A stretch of DNA of 64,000 nucleotides, taken from NCBI GenBank assembly GCA_964016885.1, contig OZ024741.1, positions 310,806,001 through 310,870,000 of the forward strand, in the 5' to 3' direction. This document shows positions 12,316 through 26,790 of the stretch, piece after piece. Made by a program: the position numbers and the translations under genes. The DNA comes from Eledone cirrhosa (taxonomy: Eukaryota). Below the pieces are notes generated by a model, which was not told the origin of the DNA, did no database searches, and was given only the letters and a program-made list of their open reading frames with translations. Positions within the stretch are counted from its first letter, which is position 1, and every line of letters begins with the position of its first letter.

Positions 12316-15300
12316 TGGCGACCTACGTAAGAAATCGTATTATCGTGAGCTCCACAAAGTTTTGTTGTTTTCAGTTGTTTCAAATTGCCAGTTATGGAAA
12401 ATGTTTGTGTTTATAAGTTCACATATATTGATATCTAAAAAGGACACTCAATAATATTGGGGCCCTTGAGCCAAAATTAAAACTTGTATTTATCAAACAA
12501 AATATTTCTTTGAAAAAAATACATCGACGACAAATCTCCTGTTTTTAACAGACAAACACCCCCTTCCCCCACAATTGGAAAGCCTGCCATGGTTGCCAAC
12601 ACTGAAAATATAATTAATAGCAGCCTCAATTATTTAAATTTGCCGCATCCAGACATGGATTTCCCATCATTACTAATAGCTGCAGGTGTTAAAGACACCA
12701 CCCCACCTTCACAATGTCAAAAAGAACAACCAACACCACTGATAACGCTACCACCAAAAAAGAACCCCAAAAAGAAAAAATCCCCTTCCTTCGCCCTCCA
12801 AAAACAAAATGCAGGGGGAAAAAAAATAAGCAAACAAACAAAAAAGTTAAGACAGCTATACCACCACCCACACCAGCATCACCAGCCCCACAAACACCAA
12901 CATCACAACCACCATCACAAACACCACAAAAATCACCAAAAAGCGAAACAGAAACAAACCAACAGCAAACGCAAACAAAACAAAACAAATATAACGATAC
13001 ACACTACGCAGCATTAAATTTGAACAATAACCAATTATTACACTACATCCAACACAACACCAGCATCACAGAAAAAGACTACACAACACCCCAAAGGTTC
13101 ACACCACCTCCACACATAGAAATCCCTCGCATCACACAGAAAACGTACACGACCCTAAAACAAAAGTTCCACAAGGAATGGGACTCTTCCGAAAAACACT
13201 CTCAAGGAGGATTTATAAGGACAACCTTCCGGAGGAGGCCACAATCGGTGAGAAGGATGGAGAAACCATCCTTCCTCTACGAGATGTGAGGTAAGGGATC
13301 TTTCCTATCTTTCCACTCCTTTTCAACATGACCTCACTCAGAATAGGCAGCATAAATGCGCGTGGCCTGGGGTCGTCATGGAAGCAGGGCCACCCGCTCG
13401 ACGACCTCAGGTCACTAAACATAGATGTGGCCATCAGCGGGACCAGAATCTCCGAGGCAAGAGCCTTCGCCCCGATCTTCGGCGGCTACGATGTATACGC
13501 ATCTCCCAGCCGTCCTGGATCGGGGAGAGGAGTTGCTGTGCTTTTTCGGAGAGGTTTGGATCTCACCAAACGGGCCATCTTCCTGGACCCAGAAGGTAAG
13601 TTTGTGGTGCTAGACGTGACCAGCGGAGACGGGCAAGCTTTCAGATTAGTGGCCGTCTATGCGCCGACAGGAGCAGTGCGGCCTGATTTCTTCCGGCGTC
13701 TGGAGACCTTTCTTGGAACGTCCCGCTCTTTAGTGTTAGTGGGCGACTGGAACGGGATCTTAGATGCATGCTGGGACTGTGTGGCATTAACGGATAGGTG
13801 AGGAGGGTGTAAAGGCCTCGCAAACCTGCTCAGACGGTTTCCACTGCTGACAGGTACCGTCTGGTTTTCTCGAATATGCCAATGTGGACATTGACAAACC
13901 GCATCGGGTCATCCAGATCATATCTAGATAGGGTATTTTGGAGGGAAATAGATAGGTCTAGCATAGGCTGTCCACATTTCAAAATAGTCGACTACACGGA
14001 CCACAAATTCATGATCTGAGAGGTTGACTTAGATAGGCTTCATAGACAGGGAACCGGCTACTGGAAGCTAAATGCGTCATTAACTGCGCTCAAAGCCTAC
14101 AGAAACCGGATTGGCGAACTAGTTAAGCGAGCGTTGACGGGGTCCATCGTCAACAACAAATGGTGGTTTCCTCTGAAGAGAGCAATTAGAATAGAGTCCA
14201 TTAGGTTTAGTAAGGCTTTAGCAATAGAGAAAAATAGAGCAGAGGGAGGACTGGCTAGAAAATTAGACGAGGCGCTTAATAAAGGCATCGCGACCGACGT
14301 ACTTGCGGCGAATTTGGCCCTTGACCAATTCTTCAATGCAAAGCACGAAGGCTGCGTTGTCAGAGCTAGGGTGCTTGCTCTCAGACACGAGGGGACGAAA
14401 GCCGTTCAATGGGTCCGAGTGGCGGAGGTGCGTCGTGGCAACAAAGCCAATATCCGGTCTTTGGTGGACCACGACGGGTGCATGCTACTCGATTCCGGGA
14501 AATGTGTGAAGCTTTTCAGCGACACTTCGCTCAGCTGTTCGGGCGCAGCGGCGGTGCGGATCGAAATATGTGCCTACCCCGACTGACTGCCGCGGCTCTC
14601 GGCCACTGAGGCGGAGTGTTCCGAAAGGCCGATAACAGCCGCTGAAATGTACGGTAGGCAATGACTAGCTACACAAGAGGTATGTCGCCTGGTTTGGATG
14701 GTCTGCTCTACGAACTTTACGTACAGATGCCAGACTTGTTCGGAGGCCTCTTGGCGGATGTCTACTGCAAATGGCAACAGAACGGGAGAATTCCCAGCTC
14801 TGTGAGCCGAGGAGCGGTGGCGCTGCTGAGAAAGGATCCGAACAAGGGGATAACATAGATAGTTTCAGGCCTATAACTCTACTAAACACAGAGTTCAAGA
14901 TTTTGGCCAAGGAGCTAGCAAACAGATTGGCGCTTGTCGTTGTTGGTCTGGAGGGAGAGGCGCAGACATGCGCCATTCCAGACAGATCCATTCACGACAA
15001 CCTCCACCTCATGCGATACATCGTGGAGAAGGTAGCTAGGGAACGTGGCACGAGTGGGTCCTGGATCAATTTAGATCAGTCGAAAGCTTTTGATAGGGTC
15101 GACCATCGTAATCTAGCGGCAGTCTTGAGGGCGGCTGGCTTTGGACGCGTCTTTAGAAGCTGGATCGTTTCCATGCACAGCGACATCTGCTCTGTGGTGA
15201 GAGTGAACGGTCACCTTTCGGAACCGTTCAACATAATGCGCTCGGTCCGCCAAGGATGTCCCCTCTCGTCCCTCTTGTACGTATTGACTCTCGAGCCATT

Positions 15301-16620
15301 ACTGAACAAACTGGAGACGTTGAGGGGGTCCTGCGCGAACTAGGATGCGGAAGATCCGTGTCAGCATATGCGGACGATGTCACCGTAGTGGTGTCTAACG
15401 CCAAAAACATCAAGGCGATCGGCAATACATTAAGAGAATACGAAGCGGTGTCAGGAGCAATGATCAACCAGGAAAAGTCGGTGGACCTGCAGCTCGGCAC
15501 CTGGAGAGGCAGATCCATGCCGTCCAACAGCGTCGTCGGGCGCTGGACGGACGGAACGCTTAAATTGCTAGGGGTCTGGTTCGGTCCGGACCTCCAGACG
15601 GACAAAAACTGGGACGAGGTGACGAGCAGGGTGGCTTCTCTCACCCAGAAATAGGCGGAGAGGAAGCTATCCCTGAAAGGTCGAGCGTCCGTCATCTGAT
15701 ACCGCCTGTCTGTGCTGGACCGTTTGCTCTTTCGCTTTTTGTGGAAGGGATGCGCTCCGATGGTCAGGCGGTCCATCTGTTGTCAACAACCGCTACGTGG
15801 ACGGCTGGGCATGCCGTGGCTGATGATGCGCAGACACGCGCTCAGGCTACGACATCTCCACCTCTTCCTCGATGGTGATCAGGTGTGGTCGCCGTTTGCT
15901 AGATGCGTCTTTCCCCAGCTCGTCTCCTTGACTGATGCTGCAGTCCTGGGTCAAGAGAAGACCGAGAGGGAGCGCTTGGAGACTGGAATGTCTTCAGGCG
16001 CTCACACCCCACGACCAATCGGGCAATGCGATCGGTGGAAACTCCACCTCGGCGTTCTAAAGAGGATTAGTGGAGGGGAAGAGCGACGACGTACTTGGGG
16101 AAACTCTAGGACTCGACGAAAATCAACTAGCCAATCTCTTCGGAAGAACTTTCGGGCCGGGGCCTATGAACAACTTCCAGCAATCCCTGTCCTGGCAGTG
16201 CTACCGAGGAGCCTTGCCAGTTCGGGATAAACTCTACAGGCATGGGGGTGCCGTCAGCCTGGCATGTCCGAGATGCGCGCAGGGCGACGAAACCGTCCTG
16301 CACGCACTCGCCCAGTGTCCGAGAATTGCTGACTTGTGGTTTCATGTCGAACACCTGCTGTCGCGTGTAGGACGGATCCGGCTATCAGCTGAGTCCATCG
16401 TGAGGATTGCCCCGCCCTCTTCCTTTAGCCGGGAAGGGCAGGCAGGTTTCATCTGACTGGTGGCCATAGCGAAAGAGATAGTATGGTGGACACGTTTGAA
16501 AGGGCTGAAGACGAGCACTTACCTCTTCGGTGATGCCCTGATTGACATTTTACCGTCCTGTATTGTCCTGTACTGTCCTTAATTTCTACTTTATGTAACG
16601 CTTGTGGTTAACAAAGAAAG
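12316..16620 (+). mobile_element. Decayed near full-length Tx1-clade LINE family C
   Basis: ORF2 begins at 13328 (MTSLRIGSINARGL, GDWNG) and has RT motifs (FRPITLLN, RQGCPLS, YADD) and CPRC; flanked by (TTA)n. Confidence 0.92.
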
Positions 16621-16644
16621 TATTATTATTATTATTATTATCAT

Positions 16645-17110
16645 TACAGTTGCATTTATCTTGCTCTATGTTCATACGAGCAAGGATTCTCCGCCCGATG
16701 TTAACTCTGTTTTCCAGGACTTCATACATTATTATTATTATTATTATTATTGTTCTTTGAGTCTCAGTCATTGATGTTATTTAACTGGAGAGTTTGTTGA
16801 AATGAATATCAAGCTGCTACCTGCAGCCTCAGATATTCAGGACGTATCCTAGCAAGCATGCCTTTTGAAGTGTTCCAAAAAGCGGGGCTGGACTAATCTT
16901 CTTTAACCATCCCTGGAAACTCCTTGAGATAGTACCTAGTGCGCCTATGACAATTTCCAAATCCTTTTTACCTCCCATTTTTAGTCCTGGTATTGGTTAA
17001 TTTTCTCCCTCTCCTTCTCTTGCACTCTCGTGTCGAATGGGCAGGCCACTTTTCCACAATCAGGCACGATCTTTTTTCCTTGTCCAAAACCACCAGGTCA
17101 TGTCTATTGT
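16645..17110 (-). mobile_element. Dong/R4-clade LINE 3' fragments (restriction-like endonuclease)
   Basis: Homologous to 42165-42467; 3' ends run into (TAA)n. Confidence 0.7.
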
Positions 17111-17144
17111 ATTATTAATATTATTATTATTATTATTATTATTA

Positions 17145-17484
17145 CAGTTGCATTTATCTTGCTCTATGTTCATACCAGCCATCACCAAGTTACAACCCGT
17201 GACCTCAAGAGACAACAAGGTCCGCCATGTTCAAGAAATAACATACATACACACACATGCATCTTTAGGTGTTTAGACTTGTGATGTACTTATATTGACA
17301 GAATCTTCCTTAGTATATGGGCAGTTCCCATTAGTACTATCCTTTGTAATTCTGCTATACGCGGGTTTCCTGGTATTAGCGATAAGTAATCATTAGACCC
17401 CTTAGGTATCATTCCTAGAGCGCCTACAACCACTGGTATTGTTTTAGTTCTCAATTTCCACATTTGTCCAATTTCTATTCTCAC
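17145..17484 (-). mobile_element. Dong/R4-clade LINE 3' fragment (second family)
   Basis: EIGQMWKL..KTIPVVVGALG...LQRIVLMGTAHILRK.L is a typical R4/Dong C-terminus; (TAA)n tail. Confidence 0.75.
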
Positions 17485-17544
17485 ATATATGTATGTGCGT
17501 GTATATAGTAATTATACCAATTAAGTAACAAGTTTATGATATAC

Positions 17545-17676
17545 CTTGGCAACGGTCACCAATAAAATCTCCGGCACATCCATCTGAACATGTTCCATGT
17601 CGTGTGTCACAATTGCTGTCGTTGATACAATGGCATATACCATTACAAGCAACACCAAACTTTCCTACTGAGCATT
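17545..17676 (-). CDS. Internal exon encoding one MEGF10/SCARF-type EGF-like repeat
   Basis: ttttcag|(E)CSVGKFGVACNGICHCINDSNCDTRHGTCSDGCAGDFIGDRCQ(G)|gtatat; 132 nt, phase 1-1, 8 Cys, open. Confidence 0.85.
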
Positions 17677-18014
17677 CTGAAAATATCAATAAATATGATA
17701 ATGTTGAAGATATCATTAATTACATACAGATATCAATGACACCTTTTTATACCAAATTTTAAGATTAAAGCGGTCTTGTGATAAACATATGAACTTTTAT
17801 ACTTATTGAATATTATATCAATCCTCTATAATATATACATGGATTTTTAGTTCAGTTAAATGCAGAGTTAAAAACATTATGCAATAAACAAAGAATATTA
17901 TAAGAAAAATAACATAAATAATCCTTCAAAATCTTACCATATTCTATCAGTTACTACGGTATGTATTTGCGACATTCTTACATTTAAATATGTATATATA
18001 TATACACACAAACA

Positions 18015-18094
<80 letters not shown>

Positions 18095-18412
18095 CTGTAT
18101 CATTAACTATAAAAGGCAGGTTGTTGTTGTTGTGTGTGGGCATGTTCCATGTTTATATATTTGCACAGTTTCCAACCGATTCGGCTCAACATCGGTATCA
18201 ATATTGTAAATGGTCTAACTTAGGTCAACGACTATTTATTTCATTCAAACTCACCCGCAATTACGTGAATAATCGATACAATTACATACATGACGCTTTA
18301 CCCCTCTAATACAATCTAAACACCTCTCTCTACTCCCCTTAAAATTCGATAAAACTACATACATGCAGCAACTTTCTCTTATATACTTACAAACTTCCTT
18401 TAGGAACGTCGA

Positions 18413-18487
<75 letters not shown>

Positions 18488-19149
18488 ACGTTTGTTTTTG
18501 AGTGTGGAACGGTCAAACATTTATTTACTTCAATGACAAAGAGAACTTATTACATTTCATACGACACAACCATTATTTAAAAGCAACAGTTAAATTTATT
18601 CAACAACAAAAAAAAAAGCGATAAATCTTTTTTAAAACATCTCTCAACGAATGTGGAAGAAAGAAGTATCAGTTCATTTACTATACACAATAATATCCAC
18701 TATGAGGTCACTAAACCTTTTAGAAACAGCAGCTAACTTTCCCCCATATCACACCACGCCCTACTTTCTTAAATTTAGAAGACATATCCTCTATGAGGTC
18801 ACTAAACCTTCTAGAAACAGCAGCTAATTCTCCCACATATCACACCCCTCCCTACTGTCTTAAATTTAGAAAACACACATTAGACAACCATGCAGAACAA
18901 CTCCATCGCAGCTCTGTAGTTCAGCTGACATCGTCTACGCGCGTGTTGCGCAAGTACTGTGAAACGATACATTTCAACACTTCTTTGCACAGAGATAATA
19001 TCCATAGGCGAAACTAAAATTGTCTCCGCTGGCACAGCGCCTGCCTCGGCAGTCCAGGTTTGCAATTCATTCACCCAGTGCCTGTGTTTAACACGTGTTA
19101 AAGTATTAAGTGTTCATTAAAAATAGGTGCGTAAGGAGTAAAGTATGAT

Positions 19150-19700
19150 AGATAACAGAAGACCAAGCAACCGGAAAAATATAACGTTTCCAGAAAATAA
19201 TAAATGATATTGCAAATACTTAAAAGTCTCTAAATTCAAATTACTAATCAACAAGCCATGAGAGATAACTGCAGAAAATGAAAGAATCATATTAAGTATG
19301 GCATGGATTGATTAGCATGAGATTTTGACAGTGTCACGTACATTCGCATATTGGACACATTAGCAATGAATAAAGTAACTCTAACAATATAAATCATAAC
19401 TGAGATACTGAACAAGACTAGACACGAATATAAATGGTAGGGTAAGAAAAATATAAATAATTGAAAATGGAAAATCTAAAGATGCATGCTGCAAACAGAA
19501 GTAAATTGAAACACTGGTGGAAAGACTACATAGATTCACAAAGGAATTAAGCAGAACTTGAGAAAGCGAACATAATCTTTGATGATCACAATACGCACAG
19601 ACGTTAAGATCAAAGACAACTGATCCGATAATATAGGGAAACAACACAAATAAAGAGTATTGCCTACTAACTGAGGGATATATATATAAGTAGAAAACAA
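19150..19700 (+). mobile_element. Highly decayed LINE RT remnant (R4/Dong-like)
   Basis: The longer U2 copy (~45180) resembles the GIFQGD.LSPLLF.LAL motif. Confidence 0.4.
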
Positions 19701-19724
19701 ATTACTTGGATAGCCTTGGTAAAT

Positions 19725-19935
19725 TGAATGTTCCCGAAATACGCCGACTTGTTCGTCAGCTACATCGAAGCTCAAATTTTCTCCCAGTATACTGCACCTA
19801 CACCTGAGCTATACGGCCGTTACATCGAGTATTCTATCGGCGCCACTGCTTTCTGCTATGAACAGCTTGACTCCTCTTTTTGTTTTGTCCAGTCTTTCCG
19901 ACCCACCCTTACCTCCATTATCTCCTTAACTAAGT
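19725..19935 (+). mobile_element. Penelope-like RT fragment
   Basis: M.P.YA.LFV.YIE.QIF.QY...PELYGRYI resembles PLE RT motifs 4-5; second copy at 45573-45773. Confidence 0.65.
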
Positions 19936-19944
19936 TTAACTAGG

Positions 19945-21041
19945 TATACCTAGAAAGGGCAGAGGGAAGAATGCAATAGCTCATGTTCTTCGTCGCAAAG
20001 ATCAGTTGAAGGATGTATATCGGATTACAAGAGAGTGTGCTAGAGAAAATCGTGAAATGGTCGAAATGGCAGTGGAACACTTACCCTGTCTTATGCCGAA
20101 AAGAAGAAGACATAGAGTACTTACTATGAGAGACTACTGAACGAAGAGAATAAATGGGACAGTAAGGTCTTACCACATGTAGAGCTGACTAAGGGATCAG
20201 CTAAGAAGTTGACAGCAGTGAGATAGATAAAGCAATTAAGGACATGAAGATAGAGAAGGCCACTGGACCATCTGGTATATTTGTTGAGAGGCTGAAAGCA
20301 CCTGGCATTGTAGGATATGTGCTAGTCGGTCATATAGTTACTCAAGTAGTACAAGAAAGGTGTCATACCCAATGACTGGAGCAGCAAAGTTATTGTCATC
20401 TTCTACAAGGACTATGAAGATGCACTAGAGAGAATAAGAACATGTTTGATTTCGAGTGCTGCATGGCAGGATGAAAATCAATGCTGCGAAAACTGAGACT
20501 CTCGTCATCTCAGGAATCTTGTGCTGTGCAATATATATATGAATGGAGTTCCACTGAAACACGGTTTCAAAAGAAGGGATGTAGGTGAAAAATCTAAACT
20601 AGTTATCTTCAGTACGGTATTCGTGTGAACACTCATTATGGTCATGAATCTTGGTTAATGACCAAACGAATATGATCGTGGATGCAAGCGTCAGAAATGG
20701 GGTTCCTCCAAAAGGTATTTTGAGTAACGTTACTCAATAGAGTGCGTAGCTCGGAGATCAGGTCTCCCTCCAGGGAGAGTCGCTACTTCTCCGAATTGAG
20801 AGATTACAGATACGATACTATATGCAATTGTTTAGAATGTCTCGGGAAAAAAATTGCTAGATAGATGTTACGGGTAAACGCAACCGGTAGGAAGCCCAGT
20901 GTCCGCGCAAGATGGTTGGATAACATCCATGAGCTCATCTGAACGAGATTGGGGATAGAGCTGGATCATTTGGAGAGGGTTGCTTCTGACAAAGCCACTG
21001 GAAGGAATGGTTGAAGACTCTTCCCCCACCCACTACAATCT

Positions 21042-21072
<31 letters not shown>

Positions 21073-22400
21073 AAGAAGAAGAAGAAGAAGAAGAAGAAGA
21101 AGAAGAAGAAGAAGAAGAAGAAGAAGAAGAAGAAGAAGAAGAAGAAGAATGCCATTGATTCCCCCTTTATAGTGCGCCGACTGCTTGAGAGGTACTAAGT
21201 TAAGTGTAAGCCATTGTATATGGATTTTGTAGATAGGGAGAATGCCTTTTACAGGGTGCCATTCTCTGTAATATGGTGGACACTTAGGAAGTTAGATGTA
21301 TATCAATGTCTTGTGAGAGCATTGTGGGCCATGTATAAAAAAGCTGGAAGCCAGTAGAGTGATGAAGTGCAGTTCGATGTCCACCGGAGCTCAGTTCTTA
21401 ATCCACTCCTATTTGTCACTGTGCTTCACTGTTCTTCACGGAGTATTTCAAAACTGATACTCCGTGGGCGTTCCTATATGCTGATGACCTAGTTCTTAAA
21501 ATGAATCCGTAGGACGGTAAGGGACAAAACTTGAAACATGCAAGAACCTAGAGTTGAAATGCCTAAAACTAGTTGCATAAAAGGCAAAAGGGCTAAGTAC
21601 GAAAGAGGACAAGAAGGTGATACAATCAGGGAGATGGCTGTGTTCGATATGCCAGAACATGGTGGACAGGAGTTCTATAAGGTGCACAGAGTGCAATCGA
21701 TGGACTCACAAAAGATGTGGCTGATGCACAGAAGAAGGGACCCCTAAGAACTTACGTGAAGGAGATTCCTATAGCTTCCAGGGAAGCTCCTAGAAATTAT
21801 CAACAGCCTTTCTTATTTATGCGATCAAAATCACAAGTGTGGAGCATACACTGAAAGTGTAACAACCAGGATCAGAATAGGCTTATACCTCTACAAATCA
21901 CAAGCATTTTCTCACTCGGAGGGAAGATAAGACAGTATGATGCCTTTGGGCAGAGGGCAATGCTAAATGGGCCTTAACTACAGAAACGTGGGCCTTAACT
22001 ACAGAAGACCTTCGAAGGCTGGAGAGAAATGACGACAGTATGCTCCGATTAATGTGAAATATTAATGTGCATGGTCGATGTAGTAGAAATGAACTGAGAA
22101 GAAAACATTATATAAGAGGATTTGGATGTTAATGCAAAAGAGAGATTACTCTGGTATGGATATGTGATACGTATGGAAGATAGCAGCTGAACAAAGAAAT
22201 GCAAAGCAATCGCAGTGGCTGGAACACGAGGAAAAGGCAGACCAAAAAAAATTGTGATGACAAAGGATCAAATGGGCTGACGCTATGCTGTGTTAATGAA
22301 GACCCGACCAGAATCATAAGATATGACCTGACCCATCCATTAACTACCACCTCCCTCCTACTATCACTCCCCCTATCTGTCCACCACATACACCCTCGAG
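19945..22400 (+). mobile_element. Decayed RTE-clade LINE fragments, with a nested RTE 3' end and (AAG)n tail
   Basis: Remnants of KATGPSG, AFYRVP, LYADDL and YGHESW motifs; copy at ~45790-47500. Confidence 0.6.
21043..21148 (+). repeat. (AAG)n microsatellite
   Basis: Directly visible; longer in U2 (46671-46822). Confidence 0.97.
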
Positions 22401-23488
22401 AACCATTCACACACCAAACACCTTAGATATCCTCACCATTGGCCAATAGTATCTGCCTTCTATCCTCATTGTTCACGCCACTCTACTAGCAAACCTTATC
22501 CCTCACTATCCCTTACCCATCTCTCTAACACGACCCCAATCTCTATCGACCACCTTGTTTGCTAACCCCCCCCCCCTCTCGTACACTAATCAGCTATCCC
22601 TAATTCATACCCATCCCTAACCCCGCTTCCTATCCCTCCATCACGCCCCATATCACCACCATGTTGACCACATCCATCACACCACTACTCCCCATATACT
22701 AATCAGCAACTCCTACCCTTTAGTCATTGGCCTGCCAAAGAAACCCCCACACATACCTATAACTTTATACTTATCTCCCTCCCTTATTGTCCCTTCTCCA
22801 TAATTGAGAGGGTTCTGCAGTTGGATTTATGGTCAACATCTCCAGAGTGGTTGGTGAGAGGAAGTTCACCTGCTGTAGATTCCATACATAAAAGAATTGA
22901 GATAACCCTTTAGTTGTTTTAAAAACACAACCTCCTTAGTTCTGCTGATCTACACACTAAAAGCAATCAGGACACGCTGCAAAGCAGTTGGTGGTACGAA
23001 AGGGATACGGTCGTAGAAAGTTTACTAAACAAAGGGTGAGTAGGACCCTTCAGTTTGTGTCAAAAAATAACTTCTCGATATGAACTTGGCCTGTCTGGTA
23101 GGTCAATAGCTACGCTTCAGTAGTAATTTGTTCTATGTAATCCCACCCAACACTTGCTTGCAGATGGAAGCGGACGTCAAATGATTAGGATGATGACATA
23201 TACCTATGTATACACACACACACATAAACAGACACACCCACACACACTCACACTAATATATATATATATGGGATAACAAATTATCGTTATAGGTAATCCA
23301 GTTAGAGGTTGTGAGTACTCTGTATTGTAGATAGTTTTAACGTACGGCGTCCAATCAATGAAACAATACTGTAAATAAAACCCTTTTTGTACTGTTGACC
23401 ATGTTATTCTTCACTCTTTCACTATATATATATATATATATATATTAATTCATAATATTAACAAAATAGATATTCTTGTGATCAATTA

Positions 23489-23555
23489 TATTTTATTATA
23501 CATATTTCAGAGGTACTGAGTTAAGGTCAAGAGTACGTCCTCATCAGATAAAATA
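23489..23555 (-). ncRNA. Type I hammerhead ribozyme
   Basis: Reverse-complement copy of 25368-25434 with an intact core. Confidence 0.75.
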
Positions 23556-25367
23556 AGATGATGCATGACATACCCTGACATAGTAGATGGTTAAGATTCA
23601 GTCATGGTAGTGATTAAAATATGACAAAACTCAATATTTATATCCTAATATTGAGAACATGAGATAACATAATACAAACAATACATGGCATCAATATAAC
23701 AGCTAAAAATAATAAAAAAAAACTACTGGAGGAAGAGGAGGGAAAGGAAAGCATAGAGGAAAAAGACAAACATTTATAATACTCGAACTTTTGGACGAAG
23801 CTTTGTAATAGTAAAATATATACGAACTCCTTTATATCAACTAACTGCAACCTCTGCACAAAGGAGACCCTATTAATAATTACTAATTATGAAAACCTAA
23901 TTAACAAAAAAAGTGAATTATTCTCAAACTGCCTTCATAAAGCTTTGACTACATTCCAAGCCTCGCAAAATGTCAGGAAAAAAAAAAAACAATCAGGCCT
24001 TAATTTTTTGACGTCTCTTATCAACTGTTGGCCCCAAAAAGTCATAACGGTTAATAAAACTTTAATAATGCTTTATATTCTAATCATTTATGATAGAATT
24101 AATGTTCGAATGAAGGATACGCTTTTGATAATTTGTTTACTTGATAAATATGCATACCTTATGTTTTTTTTTAGATATTTATAATTTTGATTCAGATCTT
24201 TATTTATCACATTCGCTAGCATATTTTAGATGTATCTTTTGTCTACTATATTAAAACCCTATTACATTTATAATATATTTTTAATATTGGGCATCTTTAA
24301 GTTTCGCAAACAATTCATTATCTTTTATTTGTATATTTATTTGTATCTAGACCGTATCATTAGGACTCATATAGTTTTGACTTATATGTTTATAGTATAT
24401 ATCAACTAAATGAAAATAATTGATATAAAACATTAATTTTTTAGCAATATTTTTTAACAATATTTTTTAACTATATATATTGTTTGAACAATATTTTCAG
24501 TAACTTATTTACTATATTATATTATTGTATTATATTATATACATTTGAAAGTTATCCCCTCAATTATAAACAAATAATAAATTATAATCCTTGTATATGT
24601 TTTGATCAACACATATGTATAATTAAAAACTCAGACTTCTTTAAGTTTAGTTATAAGGCCGGTTGATCCTTTAGGCACTCAAACTATTTAACAATAAATT
24701 CTTTAATAATTATAACTATAATTATTTTATAAATTATATTATATAAACTGTTGTTAATATTATAAATAATTTTGGTAAAGATTACCTTCGTGAGGTTATA
24801 AAAGCATTATATATTTTCTTTCCAATGTTTCGTAAATCCTTTAAATTTGTTTTCATAAAATTCAGAAATTAAATATAATTATAATATTAATACAAATACC
24901 TATTAACTTTTAAAACCTAAAATACTATTGATAACTCTGAAATAACTTAAATTAAATATTTTGAATATTAACGGCCAACTATATTAATTTGGATATATGT
25001 TGCATATATGGAAAACTGTATATAAACTTCAACATAAATTACTGCCCTTTGTCTCTCTCTCTCTTTAATCATCTTTCATTTGTTTTTTTCGAGCCGCCTA
25101 TTAAATATATTATCACATCAGCTGTTTCTTTTTCTATGCTTTCCTTTCCTTCCTCTTTCTTCAGTAGTTTTTAAAAATAATTTGTTAACTGTTATATTGA
25201 TGCCATGTAATTTTTAAGCTGTATTAGAGACGCACCCTCTCTATTGTTTGTATTATGTTATCTCATGTTCTCAATTAGGGTATACATATTGAGTTTTGTC
25301 ATGTGTTAATCATTACCATCACTGAAGCTTAACCATCTAATATGTGAGGTTATGTCATGCATCATCT

Positions 25368-25434
25368 TATTTTATCTGATGAGGACGTACTGTTGAACTT
25401 AACTCAGTACCTCTGAAATATGTATAATAAAATA
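25368..25434 (+). ncRNA. Type I hammerhead ribozyme
   Basis: UAUUUUAU-CUGAUGA-GGAcGUACUG...CAGUACcUCU-GAAA-UAUGUA-UA-AUAAAAUA. 8-bp stem I, 9/10-bp stem II, near-palindromic stem III, AUA triplet. Confidence 0.8.
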
Positions 25435-25480
25435 TAATTGATCACAAGAATATCTGTTTTGTTAATATTATGAATTAATA

Positions 25481-25584
25481 TTAATAACTCTGGAAAACCT
25501 TTTCCTTGTTGAGTGCTTCCAATCTATTGTAAAACTCATTCTTTGATGTATTCATTGAACCTTGTTTAACTTTTAAATAAATAA

Positions 25585-25619
<35 letters not shown>

Positions 25620-25621
25620 TG

Positions 25622-25704
<83 letters not shown>

Positions 25705-26790
25705 TATATATATATTAGTAAAAGGAAAAGAAAATGCTGACAAATCACATGCAGCGTGAAAATGGAAATGAATTATATATTGGAGCATCTATGTACAACA
25801 ATAATAACTAAGTGAAAAAATGCTTAATTTAACGATACTGATAATTATAGTTGGTAGATGGTGGGGGTGGTGCATTAGTTGTTTTTCCGGGAGGCGGAGG
25901 AGTGGGTTGCTGAGAACTACCATTTGGTTGGTTCTGCATCCACTGACTGTACATAAAAGCCATATTTTGTAAGTTTTGCAAACTCTGTGCACCAGTTCCA
26001 CTAGCTGCAGTAGCATTTTGTTGAGTAGTACTTGCCGATTGTGTTGGAAGAGGTGCTGGAGCTGCTCCATAACCATTCATCTGGTAAGAGTTCTGTGGCT
26101 TTTGAGACCCATACTGTTCAGGTGCTTGTACAGGTTGTGAATTATTCTGAGTGTTATAGTTTGACTAATTTTGAGTAGGATAACTGGCATTTTGAGATGG
26201 ATAATTAGATTTAGGAACCACATTGCTACCAGTATTATAATTAGGTTTTGAATGTATTCCATAACCACCGGTCTTGATCCCTACACTAGCGCCATAACTG
26301 ACTACACTATTTTGGTTAAAATTACCAGAGTTAGCTGAAAATCGATTTCTTTCAGAACTACCACCTGGCTTAGACCCAAATGATCCTCTAGACTGAGTAC
26401 CAGCCCCATAATTTCCTGAACCCGAAGACCCATAGCCTCCACGAGAACCACCTCCACGATAACGGCCACTACCATAGCTGCTCCCACGAGAACCACCTCC
26501 ACGATCACCACGGCTGCCACTAGATCCAAAGCGGCCACCACTTCCATCATCTCTATCCCTGCCACCTCTGTAGCGACTGCGTCCTTTTCCAAATATTCCT
26601 CTTGCACCCTCTGCCAATTGCATTAATTTAGGATTGATGACTTGGTTAGCTTCTTTAAGCACAGACATAAGGTCTTGTGCTTGTTTCATATTAGCAGGAG
26701 TGAAGAAAGTGTACGCAGTGCCAGTATTGTTGCTGCGAGTAGTTCTCCCAATACGGTGAACATAGTCTCCTGAGGTGGCCGGGTAGTCAA
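25481..26790 (-). pseudogene. DDX5/DDX17: Processed DEAD-box helicase DDX5/DDX17 (p68/p72) 3' fragment with 3' UTR
   Basis: [20 protein letters not shown]...EANQ.INPKL, RGG-rich tail and poly-Pro C-terminus; premature stop at 26165; no N-terminus. Confidence 0.88.

Larger units (their letters stand above)
23445..25480. mobile_element. 2 kb AT-rich Penelope-derived element with ~300-350 bp inverted arms
   Basis: Arms ~23445-23760 and ~25130-25480. Each arm has a hammerhead. Decayed GIY-YIG tail CNLCTKE..LINKKSELFSNCLH at ~23845-23940. Confidence 0.8.

Noticed and set aside
5293-16354. Antisense and alternate-frame ORFs over the Tx1 elements
   Set aside because: They are shadow ORFs of GC-rich RT coding sequence and are not consistently conserved between units.
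20980-21198. Poly-Lys ORF (and poly-Lys/Arg at 46495-47034)
   Set aside because: This is the (AAG)n tail of a LINE fragment.
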